A stretch of 64,000 nucleotides of DNA from Lama glama (taxonomy: Eukaryota). The notes under the pieces are model-generated. The model was not told the DNA's origin and made no database searches. It saw only the letters and a program-made list of their open reading frames with translations. The stretch spans positions 101,620,001-101,684,000 of the forward strand of contig CM052817.1 of NCBI GenBank assembly GCA_028534125.1, read 5' to 3'. Positions 14,331-28,637 of the stretch are shown piece after piece (the stretch's first letter is position 1; each line of letters opens with the position of its first letter). A program made the position numbers and the translations under genes.

Positions 14331-15193
14331 TGTCCCTTTGCTCATGAGGACATCACTCCGTAAGCAGTTCTTGGTTCATCTGATGGACAGAAGGGGGCAG
14401 TGAGTCTCTTAATTGGCTCCTACAGCATCTAGTTCGCACTGCTCTCAACAGGACTCAAGCAGCAGGGTGCAGCTGCCCTGCAGCGCTGACCGCAGCCCTG
14501 CTGCGCAGAGTCCCGACCCAGCCGCTGAGCGAGGCCGGGCGGCTCGCTCTTCACGTCTCTGTCCTGACCTCTCCAGGCACGGCAGGGGGTGTTAGTGACG
14601 GCTAGACTGGGCCTCCGCCAGCCAGAGGGTGTCCAGGGCACTCCTGTCCCCAGCAGCCCTGACCAGTGGGCTGAGGCTGCCCTGAATGCCTTCTGGGCCA
14701 AGGGGGTGTCTTTTACCACTTCAGCTGATTTTAGCAAAGTTTATCCCACTTTTTCTAATTGGATGGCTCCCTCGTGGTGAACACTGCCCGTAGGAGGTAC
14801 GTGAACCACACGTTATCCTTCTGGAAAGCTCCCTGCGTGGCCAAGGGTAGCCCCTCATTGAGAGACCTCCACACTATGAAAGCCACGTGGTCTACAGATG
14901 CTGTTTCTTTAAACACTCCAAGGTCTCTCTGACCACCCTGAGCGGCCAGTCTCCGGGTTTACAGGAGGGGGACTACCTCCCACACAGGAGGTGCAGTGAG
15001 GTTTGTGTCCACTTGTTGGGCTCCCCCCATGGCAGGGGCACAGGCAAGCAGTGTCCCCAGCGTAGCTGGCTGGCTGGCAAACCTTTGGGTTTCTAAGTCA
15101 TTTTGAATGGTTGAGTCACATCTTCCTATGTGGAGGCACTGCCTGTGTGCAGATGGCCAGCCTGTCCCTTTAGTCCATGCCACTAGCCAGTGG

Positions 15194-15241
15194 CATCCAT
15201 CTGTCCATCTATCCATCCATCCATCCATCCATCCATCCCAT
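15194..15241. repeat. (CCAT)n simple repeat
   Basis: Imperfect CCAT tandem run. Confidence 0.85.
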
Positions 15242-15960
15242 GAGTGACTGAGCAGTGGCTATGGCAGTGAAGGCGGGAGACCAGCAGAGGTGCCAACAGG
15301 TGTTTTGCTGGGAGGTGCAGGAGTAGGGCATCCCCTGGAAAGGTTAAGGGGGTCGGTGATCAAATTGAGTTCAGAACCATGTGGCGGGTGTTGGAGGACC
15401 CAGCAGTCAGGCCTTTACCCAGCTTTAGAGAGCCGTCCCCGGCCCTGCTCCTTCCTGAGGAGGGGTCCGGGGGCAGTTCTGAAAAACTGGGATCACTCAT
15501 GTCACTTTGTGCCCCAGGCCTCCTGGAGTCCACGGTGGTCCCTCCCCAGGTGTTGACATTGGTCCCCAGCCGCCCCACTGCCGCAGAACCCTGGTGTCTT
15601 ACCCCTGGGGCTGCACCGTTTCCCCAGCTTCTTACTTCTGTTCCTTGTTTGGCTGACTTGAATGCAAACATGTTCACTGCTGTGTCCTTGGACTCTGGGG
15701 GCTTTGCAGAAAGCGGGCCCCTGTGTACCGTTGAGTCATCACAACGGTCTTGTAAGCTGGGTCAGGAGACCGTGGTACCTGCCGTCTGAGGTAAAGGTCA
15801 AAGCCGCCTGCTGTGTGTTCACTTGACGTCCGGACAGGGCTGGAGGAGGGCAGAAGTGGTCCCCATGATGGGGGACCGGGGTGTGCTTTCTGAAGGAGGT
15901 GAAGTTGAGCTGGTCCTGCAGGGCTGGGAGGTGGACTGAGAGGCCGGTTCTCTTCCCTAG

Positions 15961-16081
15961 GTCTGTACCCGCCGGGAGACCTGTGGCCCTCGCAGCCCGT
16001 GTGTGTGACGAGCGGCTTCAGCTGCGCCCTGGAAAGCGGCATGCCAGCCGGGGTGCAGGGACCCGCCCCGCTACCCAACAG
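15961..16081 (+). CDS. TMEM131L: TMEM131L coding exon
   Basis: tcttccctag acceptor, gtacgg donor. Translates (G)[39 protein letters not shown]. Confidence 0.9.
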
Positions 16082-17546
16082 GTACGGCCTCCTCTCCCAC
16101 CGGCGACCGGAAGATGGCCTCGCTTGGCCCCGTGGCGCCTGAACTGGGTGCTGCCACCTGCCTGGTTGAATCGCGATGTCTTAGAAAGGACAAACCAAGA
16201 ACCGAGAGAAACACGAAGGGGAAAAAGTAACGTAGCTGGTGACCATGTCATTGCTTCACTTTTTAAAAAGATGAGCTATTAATATATTCAATGAAAAGAT
16301 GAACTATTAGTAGATTAGAGACAAAATGGAAAAAACAAAAACAGTCGCTCGTAATTCCTACTCGCTCACAGGAGACAAACTGCCATTTTTCCACGGCATT
16401 CATCTTGCATTTAAACATTTAAACATCAAAAGATCGAATAGTTTGAGTACTGGGAAATCGTTACCCAATGGCAGTTTCTTAAATTCACCATCGGATATGT
16501 CATTCAATTGTGAAAACTTGAGAAAATGTTCATATCTGTGTGTAATCAGAGTCCATTTGAAGTTTGTTTGTTTGTTTGTTCAGCTTATTATAGAGGTATT
16601 TACTTTCTTACTTTCTGTAGTGAAAGTCCACATTGGAATTGGGATCCTAGTACCTACCACGAGTCACAGTTTGTGTGGTTGTGGTTTCCGTGAGCGAGTG
16701 CTGGCCCTGCCCCGAGGGTGGACTTTAAGTAGCGGGACGTGTTGAAGCCCCTGGATGTGTGCTGGGACCCTGGATGGCATCCAGCCCTCCGCACGTTAAC
16801 AAAGCCACAGCCACAGGGTCTGCCTCCCGTTAGAACAAACGTGGGTGGATGCTTTTTGGAGTCTATACCTTTTAATTAGCAGTGAGAGCCAGTTTTTCAA
16901 ATATTGATCTTGCTCATTACACGGTTGCTATCTGACACCAGGTGAGAATGATTTTCAGTCTAAATGGAAGTAATTCTCTGGCAAGTGAAAGCTGGGTTTG
17001 GACCCATTCCCCTTATCCTTGGGTAATTTATTTGCTTTTCATGATAAGCGTCTCATTTAAAGGAAAGCTCCCCCGGCCCCTTTTCTCCTGGCTCCTTGGC
17101 TCTCTCTGCTCAACAGATCAAACTCCCATCTCTGAGGGTTTTTTCGGGAATTACAGTTTACATACAATATCACATTAGTTTCAGGTGTACAACACAGTGG
17201 TTTGATATTTGTACACATTGTGAGATGGTCACCATGCAAGGCTGGTCACCCTGTCAGCACCATTATTCCGACAGCCCTGACCATCTGCCCTGGGCTGTGC
17301 TTTTCACCCCCGTTGTGAAGGAAGTGGGCGTCCAGTCCTAGCCGTCCACCCTGCAGTGGTAGGTCGTGGGTGACGAGCACACTGAGTTAGTCTTTGATTC
17401 CGTGACGGTAAAGTACACCTTTTAATTTCCAAAACTGAGGGACTGGCAGTGATGAGGATGCTAGGCAGGTAAACCGTTTTCCTCTTTCTTCCCTTGGTCA
17501 GTTGACATCCTGTTTCTGAGACTAGACCTCTTGCTTTTTGTAGCAG

Positions 17547-17635
17547 TTTCATTGATTGGAGCGCGACCTGTGAAGGCCAGTTTCCCGGTGTGTACTGCCC
17601 CCTGGAACTGAACGACTACAACGCCTTTCCAGAAG
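17547..17635 (+). CDS. TMEM131L: TMEM131L coding exon (alternative start 17544 via NAGNAG acceptor)
   Basis: tttttgtagcag acceptor, gtagga donor. Translates (S)[29 protein letters not shown]. Confidence 0.93.
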
Positions 17636-19018
17636 GTAGGAGCTGTTTGGACAGTCCCAGCGCCATCCTTTTATTCTGGGAAAGTCAAAACAGGGAGGGT
17701 GTGGACCTAAGACACCAGCTGCAAAGAATGTGGCCTTTGAGAGCCGTCTAACAGGAGGCTGCTCAGTCCTTCCTGTAGGTCCTGCCGTGTGTCATTTTAT
17801 GTGGCCTCAAGAAGCCCCCTCAGCCCGAGTGTACAGGGGCTTCTACACAGAACCCTGATCCACCCAGTCCCTCAGATCAGGCGGGACGGGCTCGTCTGCA
17901 TTTGTGTGGACCTAATGTCGTGGGTGGTCTGTCGGGAGGCCAGGGCTTTAGTTGTTACTCTTTAAGCAAACATCCTTGGTGAGATAGAATCATTTACCTC
18001 CTTGTTCCTCAGCATGTCCTGACTCTTCTGCCCCTGGGAGATGCTGCGGAAGGAAAGAAAGGAGCTCGGAGGGGAAATTGTGGGAAGTTACAGGTGCCTG
18101 GGCTGGAGTCAGCACAAACGCTTGTACTGATCTGGGTTTTGGCATATGCAGTGCTCTCTGATAGCCACAAGGGGGTGCTGTGGGCACTTTCTCCCTGCGT
18201 GAGGCTGTGTTTATTATCTTCTTACTGACAACTGCGAAGTGCCGGGTGCCTTCTGCTCTTAAATCAACGCATTTGGTGTATGTGCAGGTGGCTGACAGTG
18301 GCATGACAGGTAATAAAGGAAAATTTTCAGGATTAATAAGAATCTTGACACTATTTAAATCTATGGTAGTATTTACACTACCCATCACATTATCAAATAC
18401 AGAAAATAAATCCCAGAGGAACTACATCCTCCCCGAGGGCTTCCCAGGTGATGTGTCTCAGGGAGTAATTACTTTATGTCTGTATTTTTTTTCATTTTTT
18501 ATGTTTTTTTAGGGGGGGTTAATTAATTAATTAATTTCTTTTTGGGAGTATGGCTACTTTATTTCTTTAATTCATAAGCAAAATATGAAAGTTGTATTTT
18601 TCTTCATAGAAGCTTATTTGTGTCTCTCCCTCTCCCGTCATTTGCAGCCTTCTTGTTCACTCCCATCCCCCAAATGATTGCTTTGTAAATTCAATTTTAA
18701 AGATCCTGCTACTTAGGACCCACTTCTCCGACTGTTTAGTTGATGATTTAGTTTGTGCTAAATGGAAGTTTACCTCATACTGTCTATGCAAAAAACCACA
18801 TTTTGTTAAGAGTCACGGAAATACGCTGCCAAGGGTATGGGAAGTCTAGTATCAGCCATTAGGAGACATGATATTAACTACAGATCAGGGTTACAAAGCT
18901 AAACTGGAAGACAGTTGGTTATCAATGAATTGCCTCTCAGAGTAAAACTGTCCCTATGAGTAGCATGTTACAGATGACAGGACGAGTCTAGACCAGTGAT
19001 TCTCAACCCTGGCCCATG

Positions 19019-19118
19019 TTAGGGTTTATTTATTAATTTTTAGAGGAGGTACTGGGGACTGAATCCAGGACCTCGTGCATGCTAAGCACGCACTCTACCA
19101 CTGAGCTATACCCTTCCC
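19019..19118 (-). mobile_element. tRNA-Ala-derived SINE (camelid vic-1-like)
   Basis: Reverse complement reads gggaagggtatagctcagtggtagagtgcgtgcttagcatgcacgaggtcctggattcagtccccagtacctcc + A-rich tail; contains Pol III A and B boxes. Confidence 0.85.
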
Positions 19119-19241
19119 GCACCACGTCTGTCTTTGACTGGTCATATCGTAAGGCCTGGAAAGCTTTTTTTGCCTGAGAATGAGAATTCCATTCTTTCCA
19201 GAAAAATGTTCACTTCTGTCGATGTCTCCCATTTTTCACAG

Positions 19242-19381
19242 AAAACATGAACTACCCCAATGGCTTCCCCTGTCCTGCCGAAGTTCAGACGGACTTTGTT
19301 GACCACAGCTCCCAGTCTGCCTGGAACAGCCCCCCCAGCGTGCCGACCGCCTGGGGACACGCTGGGCTCATCAGTTCTCCG
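19242..19381 (+). CDS. TMEM131L: TMEM131L penultimate coding exon
   Basis: tttttcacag acceptor, gtcagt donor. Translates (E)[46 protein letters not shown]. Confidence 0.93.
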
Positions 19382-20112
19382 GTCAGTGCCGCCCGCCCTG
19401 CTGCCTGGGCCCCGGCTTCTTGCTGGTGCTTCCTTCCCCCTGGGCTCACCGGAGCTTTACAGCTGGGTTCAGATCAGCTGGAGAGCCTGGCGGCTTCCCT
19501 TTGGTCACCGGCCACACTCTGCGGGGCCCTTGCACGTAGTTAGACCGGGCTGGGTGGGGTGGATCGCTGCAGACACCAGCGGCCTGGCCACCCAGTGACA
19601 GAGACACCCCAGCCACACAGAGGAGTGATGGTTGTTGATAAAAGCAAACTCGGGCCAGGAAGCTGTCTGGGACACAGCTGTGTTTCTGTGGTCCTGCTGA
19701 CCTTTCAGCTGTGGGAGGAGGTGAAATAAACGTCCCAGAAAGGTCAGTCAGTGGTAGGCGACCAAGGCCCGGGGGCTTCTGCCCCTGAACGCGCTCTGTG
19801 CTTAAAAGCCCGGCCCTTCCGCCTTACTCAGCCCTTTCTTACAGAGAGAGGCGTTTGACTGTGGGTCCTTCCTGGGGTTGAAATAAGTTGATCTAGCTTG
19901 ATGGGGCGCTCACAACCTTCCGTTTGAGGAAAATGGAGTGACAGCAACCCAGATTGTTGAGAATAATTTAGTCACTTCCAAGTAGCTTGGACTGATACCA
20001 CCATGGCATCCACGGCTGTGTAGTCAACCTTGATATTGACATTGACATTGCCTCTCTAAGGCGTCTTTATTTTTTTTAACTTTTTTTTTTTCCCTCCTCA
20101 TGTACACTTCAG

Positions 20113-20388
20113 CCCTACCTCACAAGCACCCGAAGCTTGTCTCCAATGTCTGGACTTTTTGGTTCCATCTGGGCCCCGCAAAACGACGTATATGACAACT
20201 GTTGCCCTGTCAGTCCCACCACGGAGCACTCGACTCACTTGGACAACCAGGCGGTCATGTGCAAGGAATACTACCCGGGGTTTAACCCGTTTCGTGCCTA
20301 CATGAACCTGGACATATGGACTACCACAGCCAACAGGAACGCAAATTTCCCGCTGTCCAGGGACTCCGGTTACTGTGGGAATGTGTGA
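20113..20388 (+). CDS. TMEM131L: TMEM131L terminal coding exon
   Basis: cacttcag acceptor after a long T tract. Translates [91 protein letters not shown], matching the recalled human C-terminus. Confidence 0.96.
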   Translation, partial: PYLTSTRSLSPMSGLFGSIWAPQNDVYDNCCPVSPTTEHSTHLDNQAVMCKEYYPGFNPFRAYMNLDIWTTTANRNANFPLSRDSGYCGNV

Positions 20389-20417
20389 AAAGAAGAATCG
20401 GATTTTTAAACAATGTG

Positions 20418-21211
20418 AATAAAGAGGCTTGTGTTTGGATGATAGCATAAACTGGCTGTTGAAATAGATTGACATTGGTGGATATTTTGGCACTTTTATA
20501 TGAAAATAAATTTTTTTATGAAATCTGGGTGCTCTATTTTTTTTTTAACCCTTCGCAAATCAGTGGTAGAAACCAAGCATCTGGGCGTTGGACCTTCACA
20601 AGTCAAGAAGTGCCTCAGATGCACCAGATGTTTCTGTCAGAACCGGGGTGACTTCTCAGCAGGTAAGAGCTGAGAAAGAAGCGGCCAGTGTTGTTCCCTC
20701 CCACCGTGGGCACAGGAATCCAGGGAGCCTGCAGACAGCAAATGTGATCGGCGGCACCCCCAGAGGTTCTGAGCTGATGGACCGTAGCTCAATCAGGCTT
20801 TTGTTTCAAGCTCTCCGTTGACTGGAATGTGCGGCTGGTGTTGGCACCTTCGCCGATGGTCGCTGGCCTGGATGGACCTGCTCTGTCCGGGTGGAGGGGG
20901 CCCTTTGCAGACCTGGTGGGCACAGCTAAGCAGGGAGCCCGGCGCTGTTCTGCCGTCCGTCTGGCAGGGATGTCCCCTCCTCTCCGGCAGGCTGGTCCCT
21001 GGGGCGGGACAGCAGCACGGAGGTGCTGGTAGGTGTTCGGTTTCCCTCCGGGGGCGCAGGCTTCCGCCCAGCACGGGTGCCCAGGGACCAGGGGCCGATG
21101 CACATTGGCCAGGCTGGTTTGTATCTGCTTGTCGGTGATTTTAGAAATCCACGTGGTGGTGGAAGTATGTTTGTATGTGTAAACTTGGAAGACATTTTAA
21201 CTTTTAATAAA
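20418..21211 (+). terminator. Candidate TMEM131L polyadenylation signals (AATAAA at 20418, 20505, 21206)
   Basis: Three canonical hexamers downstream of the stop; those at 20505 and 21206 are followed by U-rich tracts. Which are used cannot be determined from sequence. Confidence 0.55.
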
Positions 21212-21479
21212 AATGCCTTATTTTTACATTTTGTTTTGTCTTTCTTAGAAATTCAGTGGGATGGAGTTTCGAGTGGAATGCCGGGCTGGCTTGCTTTGAG
21301 TTTCTTTCTGCCGTGGTTGTGTGGGGCCTGGCCGAGCAGGGCGAGGGCACCATACACCGGGGACTGCCCGTCTGTCAGGAGCACCTCCAGGCATGCTCTC
21401 GGGTTCCCCGGTTAGAATCCTGATCTGAGTGAAGCAGACCCTCATCCCCAATACTGGATAACGCTGAAAAAAATAATTT

Positions 21480-22020
21480 ACCTTCTAGGTATACACCCAA
21501 GAGGACTGAAGGCAGGGACTTGAAGAGATGTTTGCACGCCATGTTCACTAAAGCACTATTCACAATAGCCAAAAGGTAGAAACAACCTAAATGCCCATCA
21601 GTGGGAGAAAGTTTAAACAGAACGTGCTGTAGACGTACAATGGGATGTCACTCAACCTTAAAAAGGAAGGACATTCTGACACATGCTGTGACCTGAATGA
21701 ACCCTGAAAACACGCTGAGTGAAGTCAGCCAGTTACAAAAGGACACATACTGTATAATTTCACTTATATGAGGTACCTTGTGTAGTCAAATTCAGAGACT
21801 GGAAGTAAAATAGAGGTTACAGGGGGCTGGAGCGGGGAGGCGGGTAGGGAGTTGGTGTTTAATGCAGACGGTTTCAGTTTGAGGATTTGATAATATTCCG
21901 GGGATGGGTCGTGGTGGTGGTTACACAACAGTGTGGATGCACTTTATGCCGCTAGATTATACACATTAAACGGTGAAGGTAGTGAGTTTTGTGTTATACA
22001 TGTTCTACCAAAATAAAAGA
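21480..22020 (+). mobile_element. LINE-1 (L1MB-like) 3' end
   Basis: L1 ORF2-end/3' UTR motifs (gcactattcacaatagccaaaaggtagaaacaacctaaatg; cacttatatgaggtacct) ending in an A-rich tail. Confidence 0.8.
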
Positions 22021-24841
22021 AATAGTATTTAGGTTGATGAAAAAAGGCCCCAAAGCATTTTCAATATTGAATTCAAAACTTCCCCACTGGACTGAGTCTA
22101 GACATTAAATACACGTTCTGCTCTCTCCTTAGTCCAAGGATCTAATTTTCCCCCTACTGTCATTGACCCCTCAATTCCCCTTCAGGCAAACATGAGAAAC
22201 CAAAACAAGTACTTATTCCACTATATACAGAAGAAAGTAAAAAACCTTCACTTCAGCTGGAATATTATTTTCAGCCATAAGATAAAATCAGTCGGGGAAC
22301 CTGGAAGTTTTTATCTTTTAAAAGTACATACCGAGCGCCTCCCAGGAGCTGGGACCTGCCCCGCAGGCTGTGGGTGCAGCAGAGAACAGGACAGATGAGG
22401 TCCTGCTGGCACATTCCAGAAGCAGGATTAGGGAAGAAGCCCACAAAAGGTTCAAGGAATATTTTGGATATGACATGTGCTGTGAGGGCAGTTCAGGGCG
22501 ATGTGGTCAGCTCAGGGGAGGTGGCAGTGGGGACTAGGGGTGGGCGGGGAAGGTCTCCTTGAGGAGGTGCATCCCAGGTAAAACTTGATGAGGATGAGGA
22601 GAAAGCAGAGGGACGAGCAGGTGCAAAGGCCCTGGGGCAGGAGATTAGAGGGGCAGGGGCCCCGTGAGTAAGGGACACAGGGGAAAGAGGGGAGCCAGCA
22701 AGCTGGACAGAGGCCACCTCTGTAAGGCCTTTTCGGCCACCAAAGAGAGAATGGAAAGTCCAGCGAGCAGTACCTGGAGAGTCTTAAGAGAGAAGGAACG
22801 TTACCCGATTTGAGTGTCAAAGAAATCACCGACTGCTGGCAGGAGAGCTGGTACTGGGAGTGCGGGAGTAACAGCAGTCACAGCAGTCACAGCAGTCCCA
22901 GCGGTCAGAGTCCCCCACCCCATCAGCGGGATGAAGGACAGGACAGGCAGGTTGTGTGCAGACAGGCTGGTTGAGGGGGTGCAGGAGGTGAACACCTCAG
23001 ACTGGGAGGCAGTGGCAGAGAGCTGGGTCGTGGTGATGCCCCTGACTGAGAGGAGGAGACCGGGCAGGGGTGGGGGCCTGAGGGTTGCATGTCAGACGGG
23101 TTCCGTGTGAGGCCTCGTCTCCCAGCGGAGACGGCGTAGAGGTAGCGGCACCGACAGATCAGGAGCCAGGTGAGGCTTAGGGCTGGAGCCGTCCACTGGG
23201 GCATCCTCAGCCTGCAGAGGGTTCTAATGTGATGGGAGTGAGTGATGGGGGCCTTGTGGGAAGAAGAGTCTCAGGGAGTGAGCCTGGGACCTCACATTTA
23301 GTAGAGGAGGCAGCGGCAGAGAAGATCAGAAGGAAACACTGATGAGGTCGGAGGAAGCCAAGAAGGGGAGGCAGTGGCCAGCATCAGGTCAAACGCTGGA
23401 GGACCAGGTCAGATGAGGGAGCCGTGAGGGACCAGCCAATGACCGGCACTGGTGTCGTCACCGTCCCAGCTGGAGCCAGTGGACACTAAGCGAGGTGGCG
23501 GAGGAAGGTCAGTTGTGAGGGGAGCTTCGAAACAGGCAGTGGATGGGAGGCTGAGGGGGGCGATGGCCTGGCCTGCTGGCGTGCAGGGGACGTCAGAGCA
23601 GCAGGGAGCAGGCGGGCTGCGGGGAAGATGCAAGTCACCTTCCTGAGCCTGGACGGGGCAGGGGAGCGGCGCCCCCCTTCTGCAGACCCAAGCAGAAGTG
23701 ATGGCGCTCCCTCCTGGGATTCTGTCGGGTACCTGCTGCACATCACGTGCTGTACACGCCTGTTTCGTGGATCACGTTGTACCGGAACCCGGCCACTCCT
23801 TGTTCATTCACCTAAAGGGGCAGAGTTGTTGCCACTGGTATGGCCTAAAATATCTACTCCAGTCAGTCCTTTACAGAAAACGTTGGCTGATCTTCGCTGG
23901 AGGGGACAGAAGGGCAACAAGAGAGCAAGAGCCTGGGCCTCCAGCTCCACAGAGGTGCCTGCAGCCCCGGACCCCTGACTCTGCAGCGGGAAGGGAAACA
24001 AACTCTCGTTTCAGCTACTGTTGTTGGGTCCGTTACAGCATCCACACGCACACCCACCTCCGCACATGTCCGGGTCACCGCTGTCTCTGGCACCTGGCGT
24101 GGTGTCTGCTGCACAGGAGGGTGTGTAACAGGATGTGTGGGAGGGGCCTGTGTGAGTTCAGCCATCTGGCCGTTAAAGAAGAGACTCTTCATGATTAGAG
24201 AATACTTCAATTACTCTGGGATTGACCAGAAGCAAAGGCACACTAAACACACATACGTACACGTGTCACATGTCAGTCTCCACGTGTACAGCTCTTCACG
24301 ATGGTTGTTACTCTGCTGGATTATGCTGCCGCTGGGGGAAACTCAGGGATCCCTAGAGTAAGCGAGGCGGGAGAGGAGACCGACCCCGCCTTCCAGGAGC
24401 TTAGATTTTAATGGAAGACTCATCAAAAAGCATCCCCTTTGGGGCCAGATGTCATGGGGTCTAACTCCAGCTTTACTACTTCTCAGCTTCCCCGTGCCTC
24501 AGTTTTCTCTTCTGTAAAATGGGGCTAATAATGGCAACAGACCTCATAGAGACGTTGTGAGGATTAAATGAACATTTAGATTGTGCTTGGCATGTAGTAA
24601 GCCCTCAGTGGGCTACTACTGCTGTGGGATACACTTACTATCATCAATTTAAATGAAAGAACATGAAACAATAGGATGCCTATGAACTGAAGTCTCAGGG
24701 TCTGTAGGGGCAAGCGAGGCAAGCACTTTCTACATGGCTGATGAGATTGTAAACTGGTTGGCGATGTGTATTAGGTACCTGGAAAACTCTTCTAGGAATT
24801 GACTTCTAAGGAAAACCGTAAAAGATGTGCACAAAAATTGG

Positions 24842-25348
24842 GTATCAGTTTCCTACTGCTGCCATAAAAACTTCCCACAAATTGAGTGGCTTAAAACAAC
24901 ACACACACGCACGCATATTTATATTTTTACAGTTTTGCAGGTCAGAAATTGAACACACGTTTCACTGCACTCAAACCAAGGTGGTGGCCAGGCCGTCTTC
25001 CTTTGTGGAGGCTCCAGGGGAGGCTCTAATTTCCTTCTTCCTTCTCCAGCCTCTCCAGGCTGCTGACTTTCCTTGGCTCATGGCCCCCTTCCTCCATCTT
25101 CAAAGCCAGCAATGCAGCATCTCTCTGACCCCATCTCCGTTGTCACATCTTCTTCTCTGACCACCGGGTTCTCTTCTTTTAAGGACCCATGTGATTAGAC
25201 TGAGTCCACCCAGATCATCTCCCCATCGCAAGGTTCTTAACTTAATCACGTTTTCCAAGCCCTTTAGGCTCTACCGTCACGTGTTCACAGGTTCCAGGGC
25301 TTAGGACGTGGGCCTCTTCGGGGGCGGGGTCGTTATTCTGCCTATGAC
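24842..25348 (-). mobile_element. MaLR LTR (MLT1 family)
   Basis: gtatcagtttcctactgctgccat...gtggcttaaaacaac...gttattctgccta, the reverse complement of MLT1 termini; homologous to 33566-34024. Confidence 0.75.
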
Positions 25349-28300
25349 GTACCGGCGTATCCATTACTGTGTTTCGAACAGGGATGTGTTGGAAATAAAT
25401 GTTCGACAGTAGGAATATGTTTAAATTATAGTACATACAGATGGTGGAATACTAGGAAGCCTTTAAAAACCGTTGTAAGAGAACGAGGTAGGCAGTGAAA
25501 GAGTTAGGATACAGTTTATACGCTGTTCGGGTTCACACTGAATGGGGGCAGGGGAGGATGCGCTGTCTTGGGGGTGGGATTATGAGTCATCTTCATTTTT
25601 TGTTTGTTTCTTTCTTTTTCTCTTTGGTATTATCTATTATCAGCATGTTTACTATCACCCCACCTCCTCCCAAAACTTTTAATTAAGTCTTAAGGGAAAG
25701 TGTATTTTATTTAACAACCGTGAAAGTAAGTATGTTAAAAACAAACACTGAAGTCCTAATAAAATTTACATCATGCTATAAAAGGACAGGATTTAAAGGC
25801 AAAGGCAAAGTGAAACTTTCACTAAGCATTCCCTAATAAAAATCCTATAAAATGAGGTATGTAGAAATTACTTGGGCTAGGATTAAAGGCACATGAGATT
25901 GTCTTTAAATACCCATACAGCCAACATCCAAAATGCAAGGCAGTCTAATTATAATTAGTTAAAATACTGGGCAGGCGTTATAGAAGTCACCTTTAAAATA
26001 CAACTTTGTTAAAATACATATAATATTTATGCAAACTCAGATTAACATTTCAAAATTATTTCTGTGTGACCCAGACATTTGGACAATTTACCACTCCCCG
26101 TGGAGTACAGAGAGGTTAGTAAAGTAGAACGTATTTATTAATTGTGTAATAGAATGTATGCAGTATTTAAAAAAGAAAACTTACTTTAGAAACCAAAAGC
26201 AAACAAAAACTCTACCTAATGTCATTGCATCAGGGGGGATGTTTATTCCAGTTGTATGTTTAGTTGTTCACTAGATGGAGAACGTATTTAAAATCCTTAA
26301 AACATGTAAGGAACAGACCAAGGACAATGACCTCAGGATTGGAGAGGCTGCAACACTGACGGGAAACATGACCGCTCAGTCTCTATTTCAATGTGAAAAG
26401 CAATTCCCGCCGCAAAAGGAGCAAGAAGCTCTGAGTGAGGCCATGTCCCCAGATTTATCAAGTATCCCAGGCGCCCAGTGCTACCGGAGAGAAAGCAACC
26501 ACTTGTTTGCCGTCCTTCTTTAATTTAAAAAAAGTCATTAAATCAAAATGATGTGGCAAAACCCAGAACTGATTGTGTGTTGGTTGGGCTAGGCTAGGTT
26601 ACGCTGCAGAAACAAAGTGATCTCCCAGCAGACCCAGATGACACTCCAGGGACACCGTCCTGCCGCGGGACTCAGTATCCAGGCCACTCTGCTCTTGGAT
26701 TTTGCCAACTTCTTAAGCGTCTCCCTGTTCACCTCCACAGGAAGGGGCCTGGAGGCCTCAGGCTGCTCTTCCGGGTTCCCCTCGCCCCACAGGGTCGTAC
26801 GGTACGTGCAGTACGTCACTTCCGCTCACAGCCCATTGGTGAGAACCAGTCACGTGGTCCCACTCGAGCGGAAATAGCGGCTTCCACGTGGCTGAGCGGA
26901 GAAGAGAGAGTGGTGCCAGGCACTCTTTATGTTTCACCGCACTGTACCAGCTTGGAGAAGGTTTTTGTTAATTTCTTCCCTATTTGGAGAGGTTTCTCGT
27001 GTCTAAGGCAACCAGGCAACCAGTAGGGCATGGGCTTCCTTCTGGGGAGAAGGCCCTGCAGTGCCAGCAGGAGTGTGACTTGCAGCCCAGCTGTTGCAGC
27101 TGGGCCGTGGGACTTCCGCAGAGTCCAGTACAGCTTCTCCGTGGTGCCCAGCCGGCACCCACGCCTCCAGGCTTCCACATCCTGGGGAACTAGATGCAGC
27201 CTCCGAGGTCTGTGTCAGCACCAGGAGCCCAGCCTGGTCCTCAGACACAGCGCCCTGTGTTGCCTCTACTTCAGAAAAATAAGACTTCAGGTGTTAGATG
27301 CCAGTACACGTCAACTGCTGAATAGTTAATTGAGAAACAGTCTGCCAGAGTAACTAGTAGGCCTGAAACCCAGGTAGCCATGAAATGAGTCATTGCTCGA
27401 TTCATTCTGGAACAGAACTTGGAGAGACCAGTAGTGGTTACTGGAGGTAACTGGTGGTTTCCTAAGTGTCACTTTCTGATGGGAAGTGAAAGACTGATCA
27501 AGTTCATCTGGGGATGAGATGAAGGATGACTCTTCCACAGTCTTCAGTTCATGATTTCATGCCCCAGCTACAATGAGAAGGATGATCAAAACAGTTGTGG
27601 GACAGTATTCTAGCTGTTGAATATGAAGCAGCCTCCAGGACCATGGGAAAACAGGCAGTAGACGTGTAAGTGTGAGAAAAATAAAGGCTGGACCAGCATC
27701 GTGTCCAGAAATGGATTTGAAAGAAATGAGAAATGATTTGGACAAGGAGGGCCATCAGGGCAGGTGGAGGGAGTTTGGCCGAAGAGGAAGTGGCTGTGCT
27801 GCTGTCAACACCAAATGCTTTCTCTAACCCGATCGGAAATCTTGCTTTAGAAATGCCTGGGGTTTTGCCCACAGCAACCGTAGTCCTCTCTCCTCTTCCC
27901 TGGTCATTGAATCTACTCGTGCCCCCGGGGAATGATTGCTTCTATGGTGCTGACTTAAATCCACTGTGGGTGCTTTATCCTCTAGTGTCTTAAGAATAAG
28001 TGGACGTACCTTTGTTGTTTGTTCTGTCTGTTGTAGCAAATACGGATAAGCAAAACGGAAAAAAATAAAACCACTGGAATCCTACCGCCCACCAAGTAGG
28101 AGTTAACATTTTGGTGTGTTTCCTTCCAGACTTGTTTTAACAAAGACAGGATATACACATGATCGCTTTTCTCATTGAATATTCTGTGAAAAGCTGGATT
28201 ATTTCTGAATGCCTTTTAGACATTTTGCTGATCTTTCTCATTCAAGGTGTCAACATCAACATCACTTCTAGTCTATCCTTAAGTGAAGCCTGTGCCTGAG

Positions 28301-28637
28301 TTTGTTCATCTACTAATGTATTCATTTAACATCTTCCGAGCCCATACTAGGGGCCTCTTGATAAAGATAAGTCAGCTCAAATACTCTCCCTCTCCCAACC
28401 CTCCTCACATTTAATTGGTCATTAAATTACTCATTCATTCAACAAATATTTATTTCATCTGTCTTCACACGCCCTGTAGGCAGCCTGTGCCCTCTTGACT
28501 TGCTCATTCAATAAAACTGAGCAGCTATTACATGCCAGACTTTGTTTTGTGTTGCGGACATACTGCACTAAACAAGCCACGCATGGTCCCTTCTATGATG
28601 GTGTTAATATCCTAGAGGGGAAATAAGCAAAACATCA

